Shown: positions 8,853 through 17,031, counted from the first letter of the stretch. The stretch: 62,368 nt of DNA from an uncultured Bacillota bacterium (GCA_934271085.1 CAKQQU010000002.1:1-62368); one strand, 5' to 3'. The notes: generated by a model not told the origin, from the sequence alone. Translations and numbers: made by a program.

Positions 8853-10121
8853 ATGCTGATGGCCAAAGAAATCGACCTGGGATATATAAGGGGAGAGGCA
8901 GGGCCCTCTGGTCCCGCAGGTCCTAAAGGAGATACGGGACCCGCAGGACCAATGCCCCATATAACCGTAGGTAAAACCACTACTCTTGCCGCCGGTCAAC
9001 CCGCTGAGGTGAGCATCAGGGAAGGAAGCAGCGAAGCAGCGCCGATACTGGATTTTGCTATTCCTGCCGGAGGCAGCGGCAACGGCGATATGAGTTCATC
9101 TGTATATGACAGCAATAACAGACATCAGGATATTTTCGGCTATGTGGACGAACGTACCGGCCTGCGTGATGCTACTATTGTGGTGGCTGCCGCGGATTCC
9201 CAGGATAAAAGCAGAGCTGATTTTGTCTGTGAAGGCGAGAGCGATCAAGTGACGCTGACGGAAGCCATAAATTCCCTGCCAGCTCAGGGCGGGCAGATCC
9301 TGCTGCTGGAAGGCACCTATATTCTGGATAGTTACGGGCTAGCCAACACTAACAACCGCTATAGAATTGTAAATATTTCGGTAGACCATGTTACCTTAAG
9401 AGGACAGGGAAGCAACACTGTTTTGAAATTGGCGGACAATGTCAGCGAGACAGACTTTAGTTATGAGTTGGTGTGGGTAACAGGTAAAGAATGCGCTATT
9501 CAGTCTTTGGCGGTAGACGGCAATAAAACCAATAATGCTGTCGGCACGGTGGAAGGCATACGTTTGCAGCATAGTGCTGATAATTGTCTGGTATGTGATT
9601 GCCATGTTTATAACTGTAACGGCTTTGGGATGGTAAGTTTTGCTACAGGGGCTGTAATAAGCCGCAATCATATGACTGATTGCGTATCCGGCTGTCGGGT
9701 TGCTTCCGGCCAGACTATGGTGGTTGATAATTTTATCAAAGGCATGTCTGCCAATGGCATCACTGTAGAAGGCGGAACACAGCATATCATAAATAATAAC
9801 AGCATACGCAACAGCGGCAGCAAAGGCATTGAATTTGACTCCTGCCGGCTCTGCCAATGCTGCAGCAATGTTTTGATAGATCAACCCATAGGTATATATG
9901 CATATCAGCTTAATGATTCAACTATTATCGCTAATATAATCAAAAGACAGGAGCTTTCAAACATTTATGCTGACAGTGAACATTCAATTTTCCTTGAGGA
10001 GTGCAGCACTAATATGGTTATACTTAACCATATCACAGGTAAAGCTTTGACAACCAACGGTTACTGTAATATTACAAAATATTTTGCTTCTTCGGAAACA
10101 GAATGGAATCTATTTACTTAG
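8853..10121 (+). CDS. Tail fibre/spike with a collagen-like Gly-X-Y stretch and a right-handed beta-helix (pectate-lyase-like) domain
   Basis: GEAGPSGPAGPKGDTGPAGP near the N-terminus. Repeated N-x-x-I/V-x-N/G beta-helix rungs (ISRNHMTDC, VDNFIKGMSANGITVEGG, INNNSIRNSGSKGIEF). ATG 8859 is equally possible given the spacing from the AAGGAGG RBS. Confidence 0.7.
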   Translation: MLMAKEIDLGYIRGEAGPSGPAGPKGDTGPAGPMPHITVGKTTTLAAGQPAEVSIREGSSEAAPILDFAIPAGGSGNGDMSSSVYDSNNRHQDIFGYVDERTGLRDATIVVAAADSQDKSRADFVCEGESDQVTLTEAINSLPAQGGQILLLEGTYILDSYGLANTNNRYRIVNISVDHVTLRGQGSNTVLKLADNVSETDFSYELVWVTGKECAIQSLAVDGNKTNNAVGTVEGIRLQHSADNCLVCDCHVYNCNGFGMVSFATGAVISRNHMTDCVSGCRVASGQTMVVDNFIKGMSANGITVEGGTQHIINNNSIRNSGSKGIEFDSCRLCQCCSNVLIDQPIGIYAYQLNDSTIIANIIKRQELSNIYADSEHSIFLEECSTNMVILNHITGKALTTNGYCNITKYFASSETEWNLFT

Positions 10122-10138
10122 GAAAGCGGGGGGAGAAT

Positions 10139-10339
10139 ATGTCAGGATTATTGATGGACGGAAGCATGATCATATATTTGTTGGGACTGGCTGCTACCTG
10201 GGGCGCTTTAATGTGGCGGATCAGTGCTTTGGAAAAGAAGATGGACAAGCATAACTGTCTGATGGAAAGGATGGCTGTTGCGGAAAACAATATCAAGGCT
10301 GCCGAGCACAGACTGGATCATATTGAGGGGGCGGAATAG
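10139..10339 (+). CDS. Small membrane/coiled-coil lysis-associated protein (XhlA-like)
   Basis: 66 aa counted from ATG 10139 (RBS GGGGGGAG). One N-terminal transmembrane segment (IIYLLGLAATWGALMW) followed by a coiled coil (ISALEKKMDKH...AEHRLDHIE). It lies directly before the holin/endolysin. Confidence 0.5.
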   Translation: MSGLLMDGSMIIYLLGLAATWGALMWRISALEKKMDKHNCLMERMAVAENNIKAAEHRLDHIEGAE

Positions 10340-10358
10340 CTGAAAGGAGAAAAGCAGG

Positions 10359-10526
10359 ATGCGGGAAGCATTTGTCAGATTGCTTAAGGTCAAATCGCTC
10401 ATTACTTTAATGGTAACGGCTGCGCTGCTTTATGGGTTTATCAGAGGACAGATAAATTCTGAACAGTTTATGCAGATCGGGGTAATGGTTTTTACTTTTT
10501 ATTTTGCCAAACAGCCTGGGGAATAG
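10359..10526 (+). CDS. Putative holin (55 aa, two transmembrane segments), absent from the ORF track because it is under 60 aa
   Basis: My own translation gives MREAFVRLLKVKSLITLMVTAALLYGFIRGQINSEQFMQIGVMVFTFYFAKQPGE. The RBS AAAGGAG lies 9 nt upstream. The stop is TAG at 10524-10526. It lies immediately upstream of the endolysin. Confidence 0.55.
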   Translation: MREAFVRLLKVKSLITLMVTAALLYGFIRGQINSEQFMQIGVMVFTFYFAKQPGE

Positions 10527-10536
10527 GAGATTTTTT

Positions 10537-11193
10537 ATGGATCAGAGAAAAAAGATGCTGGAGACGGCGGCAGCCCAAGTGGGCTATAAAGAAGGCAGGA
10601 ACAATGACAGCAAATTTGGGCTTTGGTACGGTATGAATAATCAGCCCTGGTGTATGATGTTTATCAGTTGGTGCGCGGAAAAGGCCGGCATTGGCCGGGA
10701 TATCATTCCCAAAATGGCTTATGTACCGTATGCTGCTGATTTTTTCCGCAAAAGAGGGCTTTGGCATAATAAAGAAAATTATATGCCTGTACCGGGAGAT
10801 CTTGTCTTTTACGGCGAGAATGACCACATCGGCATAGCGGAGAAGGTAGAAAAGGGCAGGTTGGAGACTATTGAGGGTAATACTTCCTGTAAAGGAAACA
10901 GCAGCAACGGTGACGGCGTATACCGCCGCAGCCGCTGGTTGACAGACAGCTGGATCAAGGGATTTGCCCACCCGGAATATAAGGAGGATAAAGTGAACAT
11001 AATCAAGATCACCATAACTGATATAGACAGGGGAATAGATCTGGAAACCGATGGATTTTACTGTGACGGCACTAATTATATTCGCCTGCGTGATGTGGAG
11101 AAGCTGGCTCCGGTTGCCATAGGCTATGATGAAAAGCGCCGGATGCCTACGGTAAGGATAAATTATCCCCAGGCGGCAGAAGATCTCGGATAG
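10537..11193 (+). CDS. Endolysin with an N-terminal CHAP (Cys-His amidase/peptidase) domain and a C-terminal putative wall-binding domain
   Basis: Catalytic-type motifs NQPWCMMFISW, DHIGIAEKV and IEGNTS. The C-terminal 70 aa (TNYIRLRDVEKLAPVAIGYDEKRR) resemble copper-amine-oxidase-N-like wall-binding modules. ATG 10537 follows TAGGAGA. Confidence 0.8.
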   Translation: MDQRKKMLETAAAQVGYKEGRNNDSKFGLWYGMNNQPWCMMFISWCAEKAGIGRDIIPKMAYVPYAADFFRKRGLWHNKENYMPVPGDLVFYGENDHIGIAEKVEKGRLETIEGNTSCKGNSSNGDGVYRRSRWLTDSWIKGFAHPEYKEDKVNIIKITITDIDRGIDLETDGFYCDGTNYIRLRDVEKLAPVAIGYDEKRRMPTVRINYPQAAEDLG

Positions 11194-11207
11194 AGGAAAG
11201 GAGGAAT

Positions 11208-11242
11208 GCCGGTGCGGCAAAAATGATATGAGCCGCACCGGC
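11208..11242 (+). terminator. Stem-loop after the endolysin (11-bp perfect stem GCCGGTGCGGC/GCCGCACCGGC, 13-nt loop)
   Basis: The perfect inverted repeat was read directly. No T-run follows, so it may be an RNA-processing or stability element rather than a terminator. Confidence 0.45.
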
Positions 11243-11252
11243 TGTAAATATA

Positions 11253-11972
11253 ATGGGAACATATAGAGTAAAGGCAGATGGCAACGCTCCGGCAGGGCTT
11301 TCGGTGGGGGATTTTGTGGTCACCGGAGGCGGAGTATATCTTATAACAGGTTTTAAAAGCAATGGCAGCTATAAAAGCCAGCTTATTGATTCATCCACCA
11401 CCACTTACAATTATAAGGGCAGCTACGACACGCCGCCTTCGGATATGGGCGGCATTGTTTCAGAAAATGATCGCAGCGGCAGAGGCGGTTCCGATAATAA
11501 AGACAGCGGCTCAGAAGATAGCGGTATAAAGAACAGTATTACCTGGGATAATCTGTTGGATCAACTGCAAAACCAGTTGGATTCTGCAGGCGATGACAGT
11601 TATAAACCAGTAAGGATGCCTGATATAGATGCTATGAGCTTTGAAGAGGCAATGGCATTGGCAGAAGACGTATTGAAACCCCAGTATAGTAATGCTTATC
11701 GGGATATAGCCCAGCAGGCGGATCAGAAGCTGGAAAAAGCAGGGCTATATGATACAGTATACGGACAGGCTTTGGCGGCAGACGCGCAAAGGGATATTGC
11801 CGCTGATCTGAGCGCGGCTGTGGTAGGCCTGGCCCTGGAGTTGTCAGACGCAAGTCAGGAGCAGGCGCAGAAGGTACTGGAAATGGCTGTTAAGGAAAGA
11901 CAGTTCGGAGCGAATTATGACGCTGATCAGAAGAAAACTGCCCTGAAATATCTGATGCAGCTTATTTCCTGA
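11253..11972 (+). CDS. Hypothetical protein (239 aa) in the post-lysis cargo position
   Basis: Complete ORF with no motif I recognise. Gly/Ser/Asp-rich low-complexity centre (SENDRSGRGGSDNKDSGSEDSG). Helical Ala/Gln-rich C-terminus. Confidence 0.5.
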   Translation: MGTYRVKADGNAPAGLSVGDFVVTGGGVYLITGFKSNGSYKSQLIDSSTTTYNYKGSYDTPPSDMGGIVSENDRSGRGGSDNKDSGSEDSGIKNSITWDNLLDQLQNQLDSAGDDSYKPVRMPDIDAMSFEEAMALAEDVLKPQYSNAYRDIAQQADQKLEKAGLYDTVYGQALAADAQRDIAADLSAAVVGLALELSDASQEQAQKVLEMAVKERQFGANYDADQKKTALKYLMQLIS

Positions 11973-12121
11973 TGATCTAGACGGCGGGGTCAGCCGGGGA
12001 AGCGAATGGCCTCGCCGGGGCAGCCCCTTATTTATATAAGCAGTTGTCGGTTATTGCAACATTTTTTACTACATGGTAAACTAAAAAGGCAAGACTTGCA
12101 TAAGACGAGGGGTTTGACAGC

Positions 12122-13312
12122 ATGAGAATACTCAGCATAAGCGCACAAAAACCCAATTCTACCGGCAGCGGGGTTTATCTGACCGAAACAGTACGGGGAT
12201 TTGCTTCCTTAGGCCATAACCAGGCAGTGCTGGCGGGTATATATGAGCAGGATCAGGTGAGCCTTCCGGATGGAGTAGCTTTTTATCCGGTATATTTTGA
12301 TACGCCGCAACTGCCCTTTCATATAGCGGGTATGTCTGATGAAATGCCTTATCCCAGCACTGTTTACAGCCGGATGACCCCTGAAATGACCGGGCAGTTC
12401 GCAGAATCTTTCAGCAAGGCCCTTATGACAGCAGTGGCGGAATTTAAACCGGATGTTCTGCTGTGCCATCATCTTTATCTGCTGACGGCAATTGTCCGAA
12501 AGCTTTTTCCTGATCTGTCTGTATGGGGCATATGCCACGGAACGGACCTGCGGCAAATGGCAAAAAATCCTTTGTGGAGAGATGAGATCAGGGAGCAGAT
12601 ATGTGGCTTGGACAAGGTATTCTGCCTGCATGAAGAACAAAGATCTCAGGCGATCGCTTGCTATAATCTGGATCCATGCCGGGTAACTGTTGTCGGCAAC
12701 GGCTATAACGAGCAGATATTTTATGACCGGGGCCAGCGAATGCCTCATGCTGAGCGGCGGCTGGTATTTGCCGGCAAAATATCGGAGAAAAAAGGGGTGT
12801 TCAGCCTGCTGCGGGCTTTGTCTCTGCTGGGTTGGGATAAGGATCAGTTCTCCCTGCTTATGGCCGGGGGATGGAGCAACGAATCCCAGAAACAGTATGT
12901 GGACAAATTGATAGAAAAGAGCGGCTACAATGTTTCTCTTTCGGGGAATCTGCGGCAGGAACAGCTGGCCGAGGAATTTAACCGGGGCGATATTTTTGTG
13001 CTGCCCAGTTTCTATGACGGATTGCCATTGGTATTGGCAGAATCCATGGCCTGCGGTATGCAGGTGGTTTGCAGCGATCTGCCGGGTATCCGCCCCTGGA
13101 TGGACGCTCATGTTCCTCATCATACTATACGTTTTGTAAAACCGCCGCGGATGCATGACGCGGATGTGCCGGATCCGGCTACCCTGCCTGGATTTGAGCA
13201 GGAGCTGGCTGAGGCTATACGGGAGGCGGCTGAGCATCCTTATCTGCAGCGGCCGGATCTCTCCTTAGTGAGCTGGCCGGGAGTATGCCGGCGGATATTG
13301 TCAGCAAGATAA
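12122..13312 (+). CDS. Glycosyltransferase family 4 (GT-B fold)
   Basis: 396 aa. C-terminal EX7E-type region (FVLPSFYDGLPLVLAESMACG) and an N-terminal MRILSIS...TGSGVY segment. Confidence 0.8.
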   Translation: MRILSISAQKPNSTGSGVYLTETVRGFASLGHNQAVLAGIYEQDQVSLPDGVAFYPVYFDTPQLPFHIAGMSDEMPYPSTVYSRMTPEMTGQFAESFSKALMTAVAEFKPDVLLCHHLYLLTAIVRKLFPDLSVWGICHGTDLRQMAKNPLWRDEIREQICGLDKVFCLHEEQRSQAIACYNLDPCRVTVVGNGYNEQIFYDRGQRMPHAERRLVFAGKISEKKGVFSLLRALSLLGWDKDQFSLLMAGGWSNESQKQYVDKLIEKSGYNVSLSGNLRQEQLAEEFNRGDIFVLPSFYDGLPLVLAESMACGMQVVCSDLPGIRPWMDAHVPHHTIRFVKPPRMHDADVPDPATLPGFEQELAEAIREAAEHPYLQRPDLSLVSWPGVCRRILSAR

Positions 13313-13350
13313 TAATTACCAGGCTGAGTACAAATTAGTGAGCTGAGTAC

Positions 13351-13389
13351 AAAAGGAAAAGAGCCGCAGTAAGCGGCTCTTTTCCTTTT
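13351..13389. terminator. Bidirectional intrinsic terminator between the GT gene and the convergent ABC substrate-binding gene
   Basis: AAAAGGAAAAGAGCCGC-AGTAA-GCGGCTCTTTTCCTTTT, with A-run and T-run flanks on both sides. Confidence 0.8.
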
Positions 13390-13426
13390 GGAGAATGAAG
13401 AAAATGAAATAGTTTTAATAATTCAT

Positions 13427-14506
13427 TTAAGCGTTAAGCAGCAGTTCCATCTGCTCATCGGTAAGATCGGTATGATAGAACAGCTGATAGAATTCGCGGA
13501 TGGTAGCATCCAGATCGAAATCGGCATAATCAGGATAAATGGTAGCGAAAGCCCAGTAGAGACCAATCAGGCGATTGGGTCCGGGGGGACGGTCTATCCA
13601 GCTGAAGGGAGCCTTGGGGCTGCCGTATACCTGGCCGTTCTTGACAGCGGTCACATTGGCAAAATCAGGATCGGCCATAAAAGATTCTACTGCCATATTG
13701 GCGGTGAAATCCTGTTTGGGCTCGCCGTTTAAGATAACTACCTGAGGATCCCAGGCCAGTATCTGCTCTTTGCTGATATCCATGCGGTTGCCGCTGCCTG
13801 CTTCCAGATCAGCAACATTGACAGCACCAACCATTTCCAGCACCTGGGAGCTGGTGGAACCGGCTGCCGCGGTGTTCAGGCTGTTCTCACCATTGCCGTA
13901 ATAAACGGTAACTTTAGCATCCTCGGGAATAGCGGCAACTGCTTCATCCAGCCAGGCAAAAGTCTTATCAGCATAATCTGCCAGGGCATTGCCTGCTTCT
14001 TCATTGCCGATGATCTGACCGAAGAGACGGAATGCTGCGGCGCTGTCCTGCAGATCTCCGCTGAGCATAAATACGGGTATGCCCAACTGCTCCTGGAGAG
14101 CATCAGCGTCAGCAATGGCGTTTTCATCCAGTTTGCCGGCAGTAACTACCAGCTGGGGGCCATCGGCTATAATAGCCTCATAATTTACAGAATCGCCCAT
14201 GCCATAGGCGGTGAGATTCTGATAGGACTCCAGAATAAAAGCCTTTTCCAGGTCATTAAGCTCATAGTTCCAGCCTAACAGCTTGTCAGGATCCAAACAA
14301 TAGAGCATAATGGTGGATACCTGGCCGGAAGTATAAACCTTTTCAATATTGGCGGGGACAGCTACTTCCCGGCCGGCCATATCGGTAATGGTAGTAACCT
14401 GGGCAATATCATTATCGTTATTGCCTTCCGTACTGCCGCAGGCGGTCAGAAGTGTGGCTGCAAGGATCATGATGATAGTCATGATCAGCAAAAAGTGTTT
14501 GCGCAT
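13427..14506 (-). CDS. ABC transporter substrate-binding lipoprotein (FecB/BtuF-type, iron-siderophore or corrinoid class)
   Basis: 359 aa. Lipobox LLTAC-GS after a signal peptide. Periplasmic-binding-protein class with divergent FecCD permease and ATPase genes. Confidence 0.8.
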   Translation of the reverse strand: MRKHFLLIMTIIMILAATLLTACGSTEGNNDNDIAQVTTITDMAGREVAVPANIEKVYTSGQVSTIMLYCLDPDKLLGWNYELNDLEKAFILESYQNLTAYGMGDSVNYEAIIADGPQLVVTAGKLDENAIADADALQEQLGIPVFMLSGDLQDSAAAFRLFGQIIGNEEAGNALADYADKTFAWLDEAVAAIPEDAKVTVYYGNGENSLNTAAAGSTSSQVLEMVGAVNVADLEAGSGNRMDISKEQILAWDPQVVILNGEPKQDFTANMAVESFMADPDFANVTAVKNGQVYGSPKAPFSWIDRPPGPNRLIGLYWAFATIYPDYADFDLDATIREFYQLFYHTDLTDEQMELLLNA

Positions 14507-14537
14507 TGTTCTCCTCCATAAGCTAATATTTTATTCT

Positions 14538-14566
14538 GCACAGTTGCATATCTATAATAACTGTGC
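14538..14566. promoter_or_regulatory. Perfect 8-bp inverted repeat GCACAGTT-N13-AACTGTGC in the divergent ABC promoter region
   Basis: Read directly from the sequence. It lies between the divergently transcribed transporter genes. Confidence 0.35.
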
Positions 14567-14587
14567 TAGAATTATATTCAATTTAAC

Positions 14588-14618
14588 ATAATTATTATTT
14601 TTAGTCAAGAATAATTAT
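14588..14618. promoter_or_regulatory. AT-rich inverted repeat ATAATTATT-N13-AATAATTAT (Fur/metalloregulator-box-like)
   Basis: Perfect 9-bp arms. The composition resembles Fur-type boxes, but I could not score it against a consensus. Confidence 0.3.
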
Positions 14619-14685
14619 TGCTTGAAATAATTTCAGAGTTTTAATAAAATATTCTATGTAAATATTCAGGCAAAACTGGAGAAAA

Positions 14686-15705
14686 ATGGAAAAAAACCGC
14701 GCTAACTTTTTTCATACTCACTGGAAAGCAGTATCTTTGGTATTAGCAGTTATTGTATTGGCTGCCAGCATTGTTTCTTTGGCAATAGGCTATTATACGC
14801 TTACTGCCAACGATGTTTTCTCATATATTTTTTCTTTGGGGAGCAGCGGTGATTATGCTGATATCACTCCTACCATCGTGGCCAATATACGCCTGCCCAG
14901 GGTGCTGGCAGCATTGCTTATAGGCAGCGCTTTGGCTGTTTCCGGTTGTGCTTATCAGGGAATGTTCCGCAACCCTCTGGTATCACCGGACATTCTGGGA
15001 GTCACCTCGGGAGCGGCAGTGGGCGCCTCCCTGGCCATAACTTTGGGATTATCCAATTTCTGGGTGCAGGTATGCGCTTTCGGTTCCGGTATACTGGTTG
15101 TACTGCTGACGGTTACCATATCCCGTCACAGCCGCCACAGCCAGACTTTATCTCTGGTGCTTACCGGTATGATGCTGGGCAGTCTTTGCTCAGCTATTAC
15201 TACCGGCCTTAAATATATTGCTGATCCTACGGATGCGCTGCCTGCCATTACATTCTGGCTGATGGGCAGTCTGACCAAAGTAAAGATGGATGGTGTGCTA
15301 TTGGCTCTGGCTCCCATGCTTATCGGTATGACAGTGATCTGGCTGCTGCGCTACCGTCTTAATCTGCTGGCTCTGGATGACGAGGAGGCAGCCAGCATGG
15401 GAGTTAATGTGAAAAGAGACCGGCTGCTGGTGATTTTTGCCGCGACCATGCTTTCCGCAGCTGCAGTATGTCTTGGCGGTATGATAGGCTGGGTGGGTCT
15501 GATGATGCCTCATATAGCCCGTTCGGTGGTAGGCGCTGATTATCGAAGGCTCCTGCCTGCTTCTGCCCTGTTCGGCGCATTGTTTTTGGTGCTTATTGAC
15601 AATGTGGCCAGGTCATTAATGGTGATGGAGATACCCATTGGCGTGCTTACCGCCTTTTTGGGCGCACCTTTCTTTGTGCTGTTGATCCTGCGTAAGAAAA
15701 AATAG
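14686..15705 (+). CDS. FecCD-family ABC permease
   Basis: 339 aa and polytopic. Typical FecCD segments (RLPRVLAALLIGSALAVSG, GMIGWVGLMMPHIAR). Confidence 0.85.
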   Translation: MEKNRANFFHTHWKAVSLVLAVIVLAASIVSLAIGYYTLTANDVFSYIFSLGSSGDYADITPTIVANIRLPRVLAALLIGSALAVSGCAYQGMFRNPLVSPDILGVTSGAAVGASLAITLGLSNFWVQVCAFGSGILVVLLTVTISRHSRHSQTLSLVLTGMMLGSLCSAITTGLKYIADPTDALPAITFWLMGSLTKVKMDGVLLALAPMLIGMTVIWLLRYRLNLLALDDEEAASMGVNVKRDRLLVIFAATMLSAAAVCLGGMIGWVGLMMPHIARSVVGADYRRLLPASALFGALFLVLIDNVARSLMVMEIPIGVLTAFLGAPFFVLLILRKKK

Positions 15706-15727
15706 ACCGTCCTTCAAGGAGAAAGAT

Positions 15728-16522
15728 ATGCTTCTGCAAGCTGAAAATATAAGCGGCGGCTATGGCCGCCGGATCATCTGCCATGATATCTGTTTTAGTG
15801 TGCGCGACGGCGAGATGCTTTGTGTGGCCGGACCAAACGGCAGCGGAAAATCTACTCTATTTAGGCTTTTGCTGCGCTTTAATCCTCTTTCCGGAGGCAG
15901 AGTAACTTTGGACGGAGAGGATATGGCGCAAATGACCCCATCTCAGTTGGCCGCTGCTTTGGCTTATATCCCCCAGACCCATAATCCGGTTTTTGCTTAT
16001 AGTGTGCTGGAATTGGTATTAATGGGGCGGGCAGGCCATTTTTCCGCTTTTTCTGTTCCCAAGGCGGTGGATGAGGAAAGGGCTATGGATTGTCTGGAGC
16101 GCCTGCGGATAGCCCAATTTGCTCAGCGCAATTATATGGAGCTTTCCGGGGGGCAACGCCAGCTGGTGCTGATAGCCAGGGCTCTGGCTCAGGAGGCCCA
16201 GGTGCTGATAATGGATGAACCTGCTTCGGCCCTAGACTATGCCAACAGCCAGCTTATTCTGGAGGCAGTCAATGACTTGCGGATGCAGGGATATGCAGTA
16301 ATAATGTCTACACACAGTATGGATACCCCGTTGGCCTGCGCTGACAGGATGCTGCTGTTGAAAGAGGGCCGGGTGCATTTTTACGGCACTCCTTTAGAGA
16401 CTCTGACCCCGGATAATCTGGAGGCTGTTTACGGTCTGCCTATGGATGTTTTGCCTGTAGTGGACCGCAACGGCTGTATACGCCATGTTTGTCTGCCGGT
16501 GCAGAGGGAGGGACTGGCTTGA
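15728..16522 (+). CDS. ABC transporter ATP-binding protein (FecE/BtuD type)
   Basis: Walker A GPNGSGKST, signature LSGGQRQ, Walker B VLIMDEP. Confidence 0.85.
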   Translation: MLLQAENISGGYGRRIICHDICFSVRDGEMLCVAGPNGSGKSTLFRLLLRFNPLSGGRVTLDGEDMAQMTPSQLAAALAYIPQTHNPVFAYSVLELVLMGRAGHFSAFSVPKAVDEERAMDCLERLRIAQFAQRNYMELSGGQRQLVLIARALAQEAQVLIMDEPASALDYANSQLILEAVNDLRMQGYAVIMSTHSMDTPLACADRMLLLKEGRVHFYGTPLETLTPDNLEAVYGLPMDVLPVVDRNGCIRHVCLPVQREGLA

Positions 16523-16608
16523 CGGCAATATTCCGGTAATATATTATAATAGGTAATAATATTTATAATAATAACCCTAAGCCGGTTTACCGGCAGAAAG
16601 GCAGAATC

Positions 16609-17016
16609 ATGGATAAAGAATTGCGGGAGAAGCTGATCTCTGCCGCCTGGCAGGCTCGGGAACAGGCTTATGTGCCGTATTCCGGTTTTGCGGTCGGTGC
16701 GGCGGCACTGGGCGGGGACGGCAGGATATACCGCGGCTGCAATATTGAGAATGCCAGTTATGGCCTGACCAACTGCGCTGAGCGTACTGCTGTTTTTAAT
16801 ATGGTATCTCAGGGCTGTCAGCATTTGACTGCCATAGCAGTCTGCGGCGGTGATGGCAAGCCGGTATGCTTTCCCTGCGGCGCTTGCCGTCAGGTGATAG
16901 CTGAGTTTGCCGTGAGCAAAGAAATACCGGTGCTGATCTGCGGTGCAGATGGGAGTTGGCTGGAGATGACAGCAGATGAACTGCTTCCTCATAGCTTTGA
17001 GCTGGCAGGCGAGTAA
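16609..17016 (+). CDS. cdd: Cytidine deaminase
   Basis: 135 aa. Zinc-site motifs CAERTA and PCGACRQ. Confidence 0.85.
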   Translation: MDKELREKLISAAWQAREQAYVPYSGFAVGAAALGGDGRIYRGCNIENASYGLTNCAERTAVFNMVSQGCQHLTAIAVCGGDGKPVCFPCGACRQVIAEFAVSKEIPVLICGADGSWLEMTADELLPHSFELAGE

Positions 17017-17031
17017 GTGCACAATGAAAAT

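Larger units (their letters stand above)
1..11972 (+). mobile_element. Prophage late region (packaging, head, tail/spike, lysis), podovirus-like. The left boundary is outside the window and the right boundary is about 11.97-12.03 kb.
   Basis: Thirteen co-oriented, tightly packed or overlapping genes in canonical order: terL, portal, scaffold, capsid, tail, holin, endolysin. No tape-measure or tail-tube genes are present. A GC-rich hairpin and a switch to host-type genes follow 11972. Confidence 0.8.

Noticed and set aside
11204-11224. Six-codon ORF (MPVRQK) with a strong AAAGGAGG RBS right after the endolysin stop
   Set aside because: It is too short to evaluate. The RBS-like sequence and the ORF are embedded in the 5-prime arm of the 11208-11242 stem-loop, so this is probably coincidental.
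14507-14685. A cobalamin riboswitch in front of the BtuF/FecB-type transporter
   Set aside because: The region is short and very AT-rich. It has no B12-box-like or GC-rich multi-stem structure, and the genes are divergently transcribed from it.
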